64,000 bases of DNA from an uncultured Pelagibacteraceae bacterium (GTDB lineage: Bacteria > Pseudomonadota > Alphaproteobacteria > Pelagibacterales > AG-422-B15). Position 1 is the first letter of the stretch. Each line of letters begins with the position of its first letter. Made by a program: the position numbers and the translations under genes. The DNA is taken from NCBI GenBank assembly GCA_902523535.1, contig CABYZQ010000003.1, positions 19,514 to 83,513 on the forward strand. The letters run 5' to 3'. Positions 1-7,730 of the stretch are shown in pieces. Under the pieces are notes generated by a model that saw only the letters and a list, made by a program, of their open reading frames with translations, was not told the DNA's origin and ran no database searches.

Positions 1-462
1 ATCAGCAATGTTTAAAAAAAGTTGTCCCAAAGCACTACCCGCCATACTTACCATCATGTAAACAGACAAGGCTTGACCTCGATTTTCATTTTCGGATAAA
101 TCATTAATCCAACTTTCTGCCACTGTATACATGCCAACAAAACACATTCCAGAAATGAATCTCATTAAAAACCAGCCTAGAAAACTTACGTGAATTGAGT
201 GAAACAGAATAGATATTGATGCAATTGAAGCTAAAGCAGCGAACATTCTTACATGTCCAACTTTTCTTATGCGATGAGGAATGATTAAAGCGCCACTTAA
301 AAAACCTGCATAATACCCAGTTAAGATTATACCAGCAGAAAGGGCAGAGTATCCTTCAATTGATGCTCTTACTCCAATAAGGCTTCCTTGAAGACCATTG
401 GCAAGCATCATCATGCCAACCCCAAAAAACAGAGCCCATGTCCCCTTGAGCAAATTATACAT
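1..462 (-). CDS. MFS-type transporter, N-terminal 154 codons (rest of gene lies beyond the window start)
   Basis: Not in the ORF track. My minus-strand translation from the ATG (complement of 460-462) reads MYNLLKGTWALFFGVGMMMLANGLQGSLIGVRASIEGYSALSAGIILTGYYAGFLSGALIIPHRIRKVGHVRMFAALASIASISILFHS..MRFISGMCFVGMYTVAESWINDLSENENRGQALSVYMM.. and stays open to position 1. It shows repeated hydrophobic helices and a basic loop after TM2, as in MFS proteins. Confidence 0.7.
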   Translation of the reverse strand, partial: MYNLLKGTWALFFGVGMMMLANGLQGSLIGVRASIEGYSALSAGIILTGYYAGFLSGALIIPHRIRKVGHVRMFAALASIASISILFHSIHVSFLGWFLMRFISGMCFVGMYTVAESWINDLSENENRGQALSVYMMVSMAGSALGQLFLNIAD

Positions 463-481
463 AGTAATTTTAGAAATTAAT

Positions 482-979
482 TCAAAGCCATCTTCTGACT
501 GACTTCTTATAGTCTAAATAAACTTTTCCAAATTCTTTTTCAAGATATTTTTCCTCAGGAACTATGACTCCATAAGTGAGAAGTGGAATAGATATGGCAG
601 CAGCAAAAATATACCACCAAGAATTAAATGCAACCCCACAGCTTGATAAAATAATAACCATTGCAAGATAAATTGGATTTCTAGAAAATCTGAAACTTCC
701 CCCCACAAATAATTGATGTTGTATTGATTTTGGATGAGGATTTTCTTCATTATCAGAGAATATTTTCAAAGTATAGATTGCGAGTAAGAATGACAAAACT
801 GCAACAGTTAATCCAATAATTAAAAACGCTACATTGCCTTTAAAAATTGGTAAATGAATTAAAAAACTATCGAGTAGGCTGGACACTAATAATCCAATCA
901 TTAGAGCATAAGGTGGAAAAAAAGTTGTTCTGGCCCCTTGGGCTCTGACTGGCTTTATAGGGTCATTTTCACGACTCAT
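482..979 (-). CDS. ICMT/PEMT-family membrane methyltransferase (isoprenylcysteine carboxyl / phospholipid methyltransferase-like)
   Basis: 165-aa hydrophobic ORF. The C-terminal motifs FRFSRNPIYLA and PEEKYLEKEFGKVYLDYKKSVRRWL match the SAM-binding core of the ICMT/PEMT family. Confidence 0.75.
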   Translation of the reverse strand: MSRENDPIKPVRAQGARTTFFPPYALMIGLLVSSLLDSFLIHLPIFKGNVAFLIIGLTVAVLSFLLAIYTLKIFSDNEENPHPKSIQHQLFVGGSFRFSRNPIYLAMVIILSSCGVAFNSWWYIFAAAISIPLLTYGVIVPEEKYLEKEFGKVYLDYKKSVRRWL

Positions 980-1056
980 ACATTTAATTTTTCTTTAATT
1001 TATTGAACATTTAATTTTTTTAAGTTAAACCCACGATAATTTATTTTACAAGAAAA

Positions 1057-1524
1057 ATGATGTTTAAAAAGCGAAATTCAGTAGAGCAGGTAGAAGAGAG
1101 CGAAGATCTTGCTCCAAAATTTGATGAGAATGGTCTCATTGTAGTAACTACTATAGATCACCAAACAAAAGAGATCTTGATGACAGGGTACATGAATGAA
1201 GAATCCCTAACCAAATCAATTGAGACTAAAGAGGCTCACTATTACAGCAGGAGTCGCAAGACCATATGGCACAAGGGAGCGAAAAGTGGCTATGTTCAAA
1301 AAATCAAAGAAATCTTAATAGATGATGACCAAGACTCCCTCTGTATGATGGTCGACATTGGTGAAAATGGCGCCAGCTGTCACGTTGGTTATAAGTCTTG
1401 TTTTTATAGAGAAATTGACTTAGAAGATACAAAAAATAAACCGGGTCTAAGGTTTAAAACAACAAAGAAAGTTTTTGATCCTAACATAGTTTATGGAGAT
1501 GAACCTAACCCAACTAAATTATAA
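1057..1524 (+). CDS. hisI: phosphoribosyl-AMP cyclohydrolase
   Basis: GLIVVTTIDHQTKEILMTGYMNEESL, YYSRSRKTIWHKGAKSGYVQKI and DQDSLCMMVD..GASCHVGYKSCFY are PRA-CH family hallmarks, including the Cys metal site. Confidence 0.9.
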   Translation: MMFKKRNSVEQVEESEDLAPKFDENGLIVVTTIDHQTKEILMTGYMNEESLTKSIETKEAHYYSRSRKTIWHKGAKSGYVQKIKEILIDDDQDSLCMMVDIGENGASCHVGYKSCFYREIDLEDTKNKPGLRFKTTKKVFDPNIVYGDEPNPTKL

Positions 1525-1538
1525 GGAATTTTTTAGAA

Positions 1539-1724
1539 ATGGCTGTACCTAAGAGTAAGATATCAAATTCAAGAAGAGGAATGAGAAGATCTCATTTAAG
1601 ATTAAAAGGTAAAAACTTTATTGAAGATAAAGAATCTGGTGAAATGCGTTTACCGCATCATGTTGACATGACTACAGGCACATATAACGGAAAAAAAATC
1701 TTCACCCCTAAAGCTGAAAAATAA
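1539..1724 (+). CDS. rpmF: 50S ribosomal protein L32
   Basis: Canonical L32 N-terminus MAVPKSKISNSRRGMRRSH; 61 aa. Confidence 0.93.
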   Translation: MAVPKSKISNSRRGMRRSHLRLKGKNFIEDKESGEMRLPHHVDMTTGTYNGKKIFTPKAEK

Positions 1725-1727
1725 TTT

Positions 1728-2711
1728 CTAACCCCAACAGATTTCTTCACCTATTTTCATCATCCCATTGGAATAAACTATTCCATTTTTTCTATCCTCA
1801 CTTAGGAAGCAGGGACCATCAAGATCTATAAAATCTGCATTCTTGTATAAAGGCAGTATTTGCATCATGGAAACTGAGCTAGATACCATGCAGCCAAGCA
1901 TAACCTTCAATCCTTTTTCTTTTGCTTTTTTTTGAATCTTCAAGGCCTCAGTCAAACCACCGGTTTTATCTAATTTAATATTTATAGTGTCATACTTTGC
2001 AGAGATTTTATCTAAATCAGAACTGTCGTGAAAAGACTCATCTGCACAAATAGAGATAGGATAATTGATATTCAACAATTTATCATCATTAGTCGATATC
2101 AGAGGTTGTTCTAAGAGATCAATCTTTGTTCTTACAAAAAGATCAATATTTTTATTTAAATCATCCACTTCAAATGACTCATTAGCGTCAACTATAATTG
2201 TTGTATTGGGTAAACTCTCTCTTGCGTTAGTAAGAATTCTGTTTAAATTTTTATTATCTACTTTAATTTTTATTGTAGGGAATTCTCTATGGTCATAAAT
2301 ATCTTCAATCATTTTGTCTGGATCATCCAATACAACTGTGTAACTGCTTGGAATTTCTTGAGGCTTTTGAATATCAAGCATTGACCATACAGTTTCTTTC
2401 TTTTTTTTACTTTCTAAATCCCACATAGCGCAATCAATAGCATTCCTTGCGGCTCCATTATTAATAAATTGATCAAGATTTTTTTTGTTAATTTCTGAAT
2501 TTTCAATACCATCTTTCAACTCTAGTATTTGTTTCTGAACACTTTCCAAAGTCTCATTATATCGTCCATAGGGAACGCATTCTCCTATTCCAGTAAATTT
2601 ATTTTCAGTAAGCTTTACCTCAATTGTTTCAGCAGTATTTTTTGATCCCCTGGAAATATTAAATGACTTATTTAATTGCCAAGATAAATGCGAAATATCA
2701 AGTTTAATCAT
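1728..2711 (-). CDS. enolase-superfamily dipeptide-epimerase-like racemase (DgcA-like N-acetyl-D-Glu racemase candidate)
   Basis: 327 aa. Capping domain plus barrel with IKIKVD, IIVDANE, LEQP, ICADES and IKLDKTGG, the layout of L-Ala-D/L-Glu epimerase-type enzymes. Overlaps the upstream DUF1611 gene by 8 nt. Confidence 0.75.
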   Translation of the reverse strand: MIKLDISHLSWQLNKSFNISRGSKNTAETIEVKLTENKFTGIGECVPYGRYNETLESVQKQILELKDGIENSEINKKNLDQFINNGAARNAIDCAMWDLESKKKKETVWSMLDIQKPQEIPSSYTVVLDDPDKMIEDIYDHREFPTIKIKVDNKNLNRILTNARESLPNTTIIVDANESFEVDDLNKNIDLFVRTKIDLLEQPLISTNDDKLLNINYPISICADESFHDSSDLDKISAKYDTINIKLDKTGGLTEALKIQKKAKEKGLKVMLGCMVSSSVSMMQILPLYKNADFIDLDGPCFLSEDRKNGIVYSNGMMKIGEEICWG

Positions 2712-3705
2712 TTATTTTTTCTAAAAGATCAATGAAAGGATCCAAGTTATCAGTTATTGGATCTATACAAGGTAGCTGATATTGGGATGAAATTTCTTTT
2801 TTTATGTCACTCTTATTATTTTTCATATTAGAGGTATTAAGAGCAATACCAATGCAGCGAATATTTTTATTAGTTAATTTTCCGCACTGAACTGTTTGTT
2901 CTATCACATCGCCTATACTGGGCAGAGCAGCTTCGACACCTCTCATTTGAGTTCTAGTTGGCTCATGACAAACTATAAAAGCGTCTGGCTGACTTCCATG
3001 AAGTAGTCCAAGCGAAACTCCTGCAAATGAAGGGTGAAACAATGAACCTTGTCCCTCAATTATATCCCAATGATCTCTATCATTATCAGGAGACAGCCAT
3101 TCTACTGCGCCAGAAATAAAATCAGATACTATCGCATCTATGGCAATGCCATTTTCAGCAATCAATACGCCTGTTTGACCAGTTGCCTTAAAAGATACTT
3201 TCATGTTTTTTTCAAGCATAGCCTTCTCTACGGCAAGTGCTGTATATTTTTTCCCAACTGAACAATCAGTGCCGACTGTCAGTAATCGCTTACCAGTTCG
3301 TTTAAGTCCTTTTCCTGTGTCGAATTCAATGTTGTTATACCTAAGGTCGTGCAATTTAACACCATGCTTAATCGCAGCTTTAGATATTTCATCAAAAGAA
3401 GATAATCGTGAATGCATACCGCTTGCGATATTTAAGCCAAGTGATATTGCCTTTACAATTATATCAATCCAACCTTCAGGCATTTTCCCTCCGGCGTTAA
3501 CAACCCCAAGTACAAAAGTTTTAGCCCCACGCTTTACTGCTTCTTCTAGGGAGATCTCATTAATACCAAGACTTGATTTTGCATTCGGTAGGCTCATTTG
3601 GCCAATACACCATTCTGGGCGCCAATAGTTAATCCCAGCGGCTGTTTTAATCGCTAATTCATCTTTTGCGTCACCTAAAAATAATAAGTATGGCTTGGAT
3701 ATCAT
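2704..3705 (-). CDS. DUF1611-family protein (DgcN-like N-acetyltransferase candidate)
   Basis: 333 aa. LLTVGTDCSVGKKYTALAVEKAM is a P-loop-like segment, and the overall pattern is typical of DUF1611. Conserved pairing with an enolase-superfamily racemase. Confidence 0.7.
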   Translation of the reverse strand: MISKPYLLFLGDAKDELAIKTAAGINYWRPEWCIGQMSLPNAKSSLGINEISLEEAVKRGAKTFVLGVVNAGGKMPEGWIDIIVKAISLGLNIASGMHSRLSSFDEISKAAIKHGVKLHDLRYNNIEFDTGKGLKRTGKRLLTVGTDCSVGKKYTALAVEKAMLEKNMKVSFKATGQTGVLIAENGIAIDAIVSDFISGAVEWLSPDNDRDHWDIIEGQGSLFHPSFAGVSLGLLHGSQPDAFIVCHEPTRTQMRGVEAALPSIGDVIEQTVQCGKLTNKNIRCIGIALNTSNMKNNKSDIKKEISSQYQLPCIDPITDNLDPFIDLLEKIND

Positions 3706-3861
3706 GTGATTAAGTCAGGATTTGCTGTGGAAAGTGTGGTTAGTAAAATGTGGATAACTTTTATTCATAATATTATTCTTGTAGCATAAAATATCATTTT
3801 CTAAAATTAAGGTTCGCAATGGAACGTTCATGCGTTTTGGGGTTCGACCGGCCCCCGAAAA

Positions 3862-3899
3862 GCGCCAAAGTTAGAAAATTCTTGCTTTGGTGCTTTTTT
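3862..3899 (+). terminator. intrinsic-terminator-like hairpin plus T6 in the leader of the ferredoxin gene
   Basis: GCGCCAAAG (3862-3870) pairs with CTTTGGTGC (3885-3893) for 9 bp including one G-U, with a 14-nt loop, followed by TTTTTT (3894-3899). There is no CDS upstream on this strand. Confidence 0.55.
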
Positions 3900-3951
3900 G
3901 ATGTATTTGAACCATAAAATAACACTATTAATTAATCTTCTGAGAAGCGCA

Positions 3952-4272
3952 ATGGCTAAGATCAAATATATCGAATTCGATGGCAAAGAGCATGAAATCG
4001 AAGTCAGTAACGGCCTAACTGTCATGGAAGGGGCAATAAAAAATAAAATTCCAGGTATTGATGCAGATTGTGGAGGAGCTTGCGCTTGTGCGACTTGCCA
4101 CGTGTATGTAGCAGATGAGTGGATTAATAAACTTCCTAATAAGGATGATTCAGAGGAGGACATGCTTGATTTTGCATTTGAAGTAAAAGAAAGCAGCAGA
4201 TTAAGCTGTCAAATTACAGTTTCTGATGAATTAGAAGGACTAGTTGTCAAGATGCCAGAAAAGCAATTTTAA
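3952..4272 (+). CDS. 2Fe-2S ferredoxin, adrenodoxin/putidaredoxin type
   Basis: [18 protein letters not shown].., cluster motif [11 protein letters not shown] plus the distal Cys in RLSCQI. I place the start at ATG 3952 rather than the track's 3898, whose extension runs through the terminator-like hairpin. Confidence 0.9.
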   Translation: MAKIKYIEFDGKEHEIEVSNGLTVMEGAIKNKIPGIDADCGGACACATCHVYVADEWINKLPNKDDSEEDMLDFAFEVKESSRLSCQITVSDELEGLVVKMPEKQF

Positions 4273-4817
4273 GATCCATCTAAAGTACACTCCAAAGTAT
4301 CTTGAATATTATACAACTCATCGAAGTTCGACCCGTTGCCGATAAATTGCCTCATCAACACCAAGCCTCTATTTGATGGAGATACAACTATAAACCCATC
4401 ACTTACTTTCGATGGTTTTGAATTGGGACCAAATAAATAAATTTTTAAATTTTCCCCAGATTCATTTAGTTCATTTATTGTAGCAAAGTTGTCTGTGTTC
4501 TGAGAAAAAAATGAAACTGACCAATACGTAGACGGCAACTGCGTTGAAATTATAAGTGGTTTATAAGTTACATCATAACCGCAGCCACCATAAAGCAGAT
4601 CTGCACTTGGCCTAATAATTTGAGTAGAGTTTGAGTCTGCTAAATCTCTTTGGAATGCTGTGTTTATATTATTATTCTCACTTGCTTGCCTAGATATGGA
4701 CCAAGCTTTTAATTGAGGAAATACTGAAATAAATGACAAGTGAACAATGAAGCCCAATATGATAATTATAAATACTTTTTTTATGAAACTACTCATCAAG
4801 GCACCTAATTTTCTCAA
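4269..4817 (-). CDS. DUF1254-like membrane-anchored protein
   Basis: 182 aa with an N-terminal TM helix, then [35 protein letters not shown], which resembles DUF1254. Overlaps the upstream DUF1214-like gene by 29 nt. Confidence 0.55.
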   Translation of the reverse strand: MRKLGALMSSFIKKVFIIIILGFIVHLSFISVFPQLKAWSISRQASENNNINTAFQRDLADSNSTQIIRPSADLLYGGCGYDVTYKPLIISTQLPSTYWSVSFFSQNTDNFATINELNESGENLKIYLFGPNSKPSKVSDGFIVVSPSNRGLVLMRQFIGNGSNFDELYNIQDTLECTLDGS

Positions 4818-5388
4818 CTATCGGTAGATTTATTCTTTTTAGGTTAGAAAAAAATTCTTCTCCAGGAAGATATATTCGCATAGAGATAGAAAAATTCTCC
4901 TCCACAGGACTTCTTAACCAGTTCTTATTATTTAGTTCAGCTATAAATGTATCATCATTGGTAAAATATATTTCGAAACCACCTTCAAAGTTAAAATCAA
5001 TATTTTCACTATTAAATGAATACAATTTTTCATTATTTTGAGTGAGAAAGCCCTCATTGTCATACAATGTTATTGCCCACCATTTAGCCTCTATGTCTTC
5101 ACCGGTTAACTTATAACTACAATTACCGCTGAGAAGATTTTCTTCTATGTCTACAGAAGCTGAAAAATATGCTGCCTCTGGTTTTGCAAGAGCAAAAGTT
5201 CCATATTGTGAGACAAAAGCACGAGTATAAATGTCACGATTTGCATCTCCTGGAGAAGGCAATACTCTCCATATATCATTTTTAACAAAGCCTATTGAAG
5301 GGTAGATTTTGTAAGAAATATAGGTGAAACCCGTAGCAACTAGGATTACTAGTATTAAATATATTAGGTATCTACGAAGTAAAATCAT
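4789..5388 (-). CDS. DUF1214-like membrane-anchored protein
   Basis: 199 aa with an N-terminal TM helix. KWWAITLYDNEGFL and NWLRSPVEENFSISMRIYLPGEE resemble the DUF1214 signature (..WSlTlYD.. / NWLP..f.l.lRlY.P). Confidence 0.55.
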   Translation of the reverse strand: MILLRRYLIYLILVILVATGFTYISYKIYPSIGFVKNDIWRVLPSPGDANRDIYTRAFVSQYGTFALAKPEAAYFSASVDIEENLLSGNCSYKLTGEDIEAKWWAITLYDNEGFLTQNNEKLYSFNSENIDFNFEGGFEIYFTNDDTFIAELNNKNWLRSPVEENFSISMRIYLPGEEFFSNLKRINLPIVEKIRCLDE

Positions 5389-5440
5389 TGTATAATCAAT
5401 AAATAATATTATTTAATATCATATAATTAGAGATAAACAA

Positions 5441-6466
5441 ATGTCTGAAACTATTAAGACAGATTGCTTGATTGTTGGCGCGGGACCGGTTGGATTATTT
5501 GCGGTATTTGAACTTGGAATACTTGGTCTTTCATGTGAAGTAGTCGATAATTTAGATAAGATTGGCGGGCAGTGCGCTGAATTGTATCCTGATAAACCAA
5601 TATATGACATACCGGCATTGCCAGAATGTACCGGGTTATCACTTATTGAAAATCTTCAAAAGCAAATCAAACCTTTTAATACGTCTTTTCACTTAAACGA
5701 AAGGATTGAACAAATATCCAATGAAGGAGATCTTTGGACCATAAAAACATCAGTAAATAAAGTATTTGAAACGCCAAATATATTCATTGCCGGAGGTGTC
5801 GGTTCTTTCGAGCCTCGAAAGCCACCAATAGAGAGTGTCTCAATGTTTGAAGGAAAAGGAATTGAATATTCAATACCAAACAAAGACTATTATGCAGGTA
5901 AAAAAATTGTAATTTTTGGAGGAGGTGACTCAGCGCTTGATTGGACTGTTGAGCTCTCTAAGATTGCATCTCACATTACTCTTGTGCATAGGCGAGACGA
6001 GTTTAAAGCCGCTCAACACACTGTTAGTTTAATGGAAGGGTTAGTCAAAGAGGGAAAAGTTGATCTAATTACCAACCATCAAATTTCAGATGTATCAGGA
6101 GATACGCGTATTAAAAAAGCAGTAATAAAGGATAAATCTGATGCGACTCAAGAAATTGAATGTGATGAAATATTAATATTTTATGGTCTTAAAATGGAAT
6201 TGGGGCCAATTAATGATTGGGGCTTAAATCTTAATGAAAAGCAAATTTCAGTTAATACTGAAAATTTTGAAACTAATTTACCAGGTGTATTTGCGATTGG
6301 AGATATTTCTTACTACCCGGGAAAGCTCAAGCTAATCTTATCAGGCTTTCATGAGGCAGCACTTGCATCTCAAAAGGCTTTTGTACGAGCAAAACCAGAT
6401 GAAACATTGACATTTAGATACACCACTTCATCTAGTGATATTCAAAAAAAATTAGGGGTTAAATAG
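5441..6466 (+). CDS. ferredoxin-NADP+ reductase, thioredoxin-reductase-like (YumC type)
   Basis: LIVGAGPVGLFAVFE, GGQCAELYPDKPIYDIPALP, IFGGGDSALDW, VHRRDEFKA and AIGDISYYPGKLKLILSGFHEAA parallel the B. subtilis YumC-type FNR as I remember it. Confidence 0.85.
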   Translation: MSETIKTDCLIVGAGPVGLFAVFELGILGLSCEVVDNLDKIGGQCAELYPDKPIYDIPALPECTGLSLIENLQKQIKPFNTSFHLNERIEQISNEGDLWTIKTSVNKVFETPNIFIAGGVGSFEPRKPPIESVSMFEGKGIEYSIPNKDYYAGKKIVIFGGGDSALDWTVELSKIASHITLVHRRDEFKAAQHTVSLMEGLVKEGKVDLITNHQISDVSGDTRIKKAVIKDKSDATQEIECDEILIFYGLKMELGPINDWGLNLNEKQISVNTENFETNLPGVFAIGDISYYPGKLKLILSGFHEAALASQKAFVRAKPDETLTFRYTTSSSDIQKKLGVK

Positions 6467-7092
6467 TGTTGCAAAAGCTCTACGACAAATATGTTTGTCC
6501 TCATTTAATTGATTTTTTTATGCAAACAAAGGCTTTTATGAAGCAAAGAGAAAAAATAATTCCGTTTGCTAGTGGTCGTGTATTAGAAATTGGGATTGGG
6601 TCAGGTCTTAATTTTCAATTTTATGATAAAACAAAAGTTAATGAAGTCTTTGCAGTAGAGCCAGATGAAGTTTTGTATAGAAAGGCTAAAGAAAGTGCTT
6701 CAAAAAATAATTTAAAACTTAATATCAAACAAATAAAAGCAGAAGAACTTCCTTTTGACGAAAATTCATTTGATACAGTAATTAGCACTTATACAATGTG
6801 TTCAATTTCAGGTCTAAATTCAGCAATGAAAGAAATTAATAGGGTAATGAAGCCGGACTCTTTGCTTCTTTTTTCAGAGCATGGTAAATCTCCAGATAAG
6901 AATATATTAAATTGGCAGAAAAGATTGAATGGTATTCAAAAAAGAATTGCAGGAGGATGTCATTTAGACGTTGATATACCCAATGAAATTAAAAAAGCTG
7001 ATTTCAAAATAGAAGCAATTAGCAGCATGTATGCTCCAGGGCCGAAATTTCTTAATTATCATTACTGGGGTCAGGCAACGCCAAGTAAATAA
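6466..7092 (+). CDS. class I SAM-dependent methyltransferase, METTL7/TMT1-like (Methyltransf_11)
   Basis: GTG start overlaps the FNR stop. VLEIGIGSGLNFQFY (motif I), DTVISTYTMCSI, INRVMKPDSLLLFSEHG and WQKRLNGIQKRIAGGCHLD parallel human METTL7A/B as I remember them. Confidence 0.7.
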   Translation: MLQKLYDKYVCPHLIDFFMQTKAFMKQREKIIPFASGRVLEIGIGSGLNFQFYDKTKVNEVFAVEPDEVLYRKAKESASKNNLKLNIKQIKAEELPFDENSFDTVISTYTMCSISGLNSAMKEINRVMKPDSLLLFSEHGKSPDKNILNWQKRLNGIQKRIAGGCHLDVDIPNEIKKADFKIEAISSMYAPGPKFLNYHYWGQATPSK

Positions 7093-7097
7093 CTATC

Positions 7098-7727
7098 ATG
7101 TTAATGCATCAAGCTCTTGACTATGTTCTCAATAATGCTGAACAAAATAACCCTGAGTCCATTCTAAAAATAATTGATGAATACGTATTAAAAAGTGGAA
7201 AATTTTTAATGAATGTGGGGCCTGAAAAAGGAAAGCTTCTTACAAAATCATTATTAGATACGAGGCCCAAAAAAGTATTGGAGCTAGGAACTTTCTTAGG
7301 TTATTCAGCTGTTCTTATAGCTTCAAATATTGAAAACGAAAGTACGCTAACCACAATCGACTCTGACAAAAATTCAATAGAGATAGCATCTAAGATGCTT
7401 GATTTCGCAGGACTAATAAATAAAGTTAATTTAGTTCACGGAGCAGCAGACAAAATATTGCCAAGTTTAAATTCCAAATTTCAATTTGTATTTATTGACC
7501 ATGCTAAGAAAAAATATCTACCTGATTTAGAGTTGATTGAAAAAAATCGTTTAATTGAATCACAGAGTATAGTTTTTGCAGACAACGTGGGTATATTTGA
7601 GGATGATATGAAGAGTTATTTCAGCCATGTCAGAAATTCGGGTAAATATACGTCGCAAAATATAGGGTCCACATTAGAGTATAGAAATAATATATATGAT
7701 GCTGTTGAAATATCAGTTATGAATTAG
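7098..7727 (+). CDS. catechol O-methyltransferase-like (animal COMT-type) SAM-dependent methyltransferase
   Basis: ALDYVLNNAEQNNPESILKIIDEY..MNVGPEKGKLL, VLELGTFLGYSAVLIA, MLDFAGLINKVNLVHGAADKILPSL, VFIDHAKKKYLPDLELIE, VFADNV and STLEYRN are colinear with rat/human S-COMT. Confidence 0.8.
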   Translation: MLMHQALDYVLNNAEQNNPESILKIIDEYVLKSGKFLMNVGPEKGKLLTKSLLDTRPKKVLELGTFLGYSAVLIASNIENESTLTTIDSDKNSIEIASKMLDFAGLINKVNLVHGAADKILPSLNSKFQFVFIDHAKKKYLPDLELIEKNRLIESQSIVFADNVGIFEDDMKSYFSHVRNSGKYTSQNIGSTLEYRNNIYDAVEISVMN

Positions 7728-7730
7728 AAA

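Noticed and set aside
3203-3628. 141-aa plus-strand ORF, and similar antisense ORFs in the track (for example 2065-2298, 14095-14523, 21310-21696, 42276-42692, 56349-56771, 57794-58288, 39717-39941).
   Set aside because: Each lies entirely inside, and antisense or out of frame to, a long ORF with strong family motifs. Their translations are low-complexity or Ser/Leu/Ile-rich with no recognisable motifs. They are typical shadow ORFs of an AT-rich genome.
3839-3856. GGGGTTCGACCGGCCCC resembles a tRNA/tmRNA T-arm (GGTTCGA).
   Set aside because: With a 4-bp stem the loop would be 9-10 nt. There is no acceptor stem, D-arm, anticodon arm or CCA context on either side. It is better explained as the apical part of the leader hairpin.
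3898-3951. Longer N-terminal extensions offered by the ORF track (3898 for the ferredoxin, 13398 for the GcvT-like gene, 39919 for soxA, 42917 for soxG, 45769 for the MDR reductase, 29594 for the DmdA-like gene).
   Set aside because: The extensions overlap upstream genes or structured RNA and add non-conserved residues. Internal ATGs give the classic 4-8 nt stop/start overlaps or sit behind Shine-Dalgarno-like sequences, and they match family N-termini.
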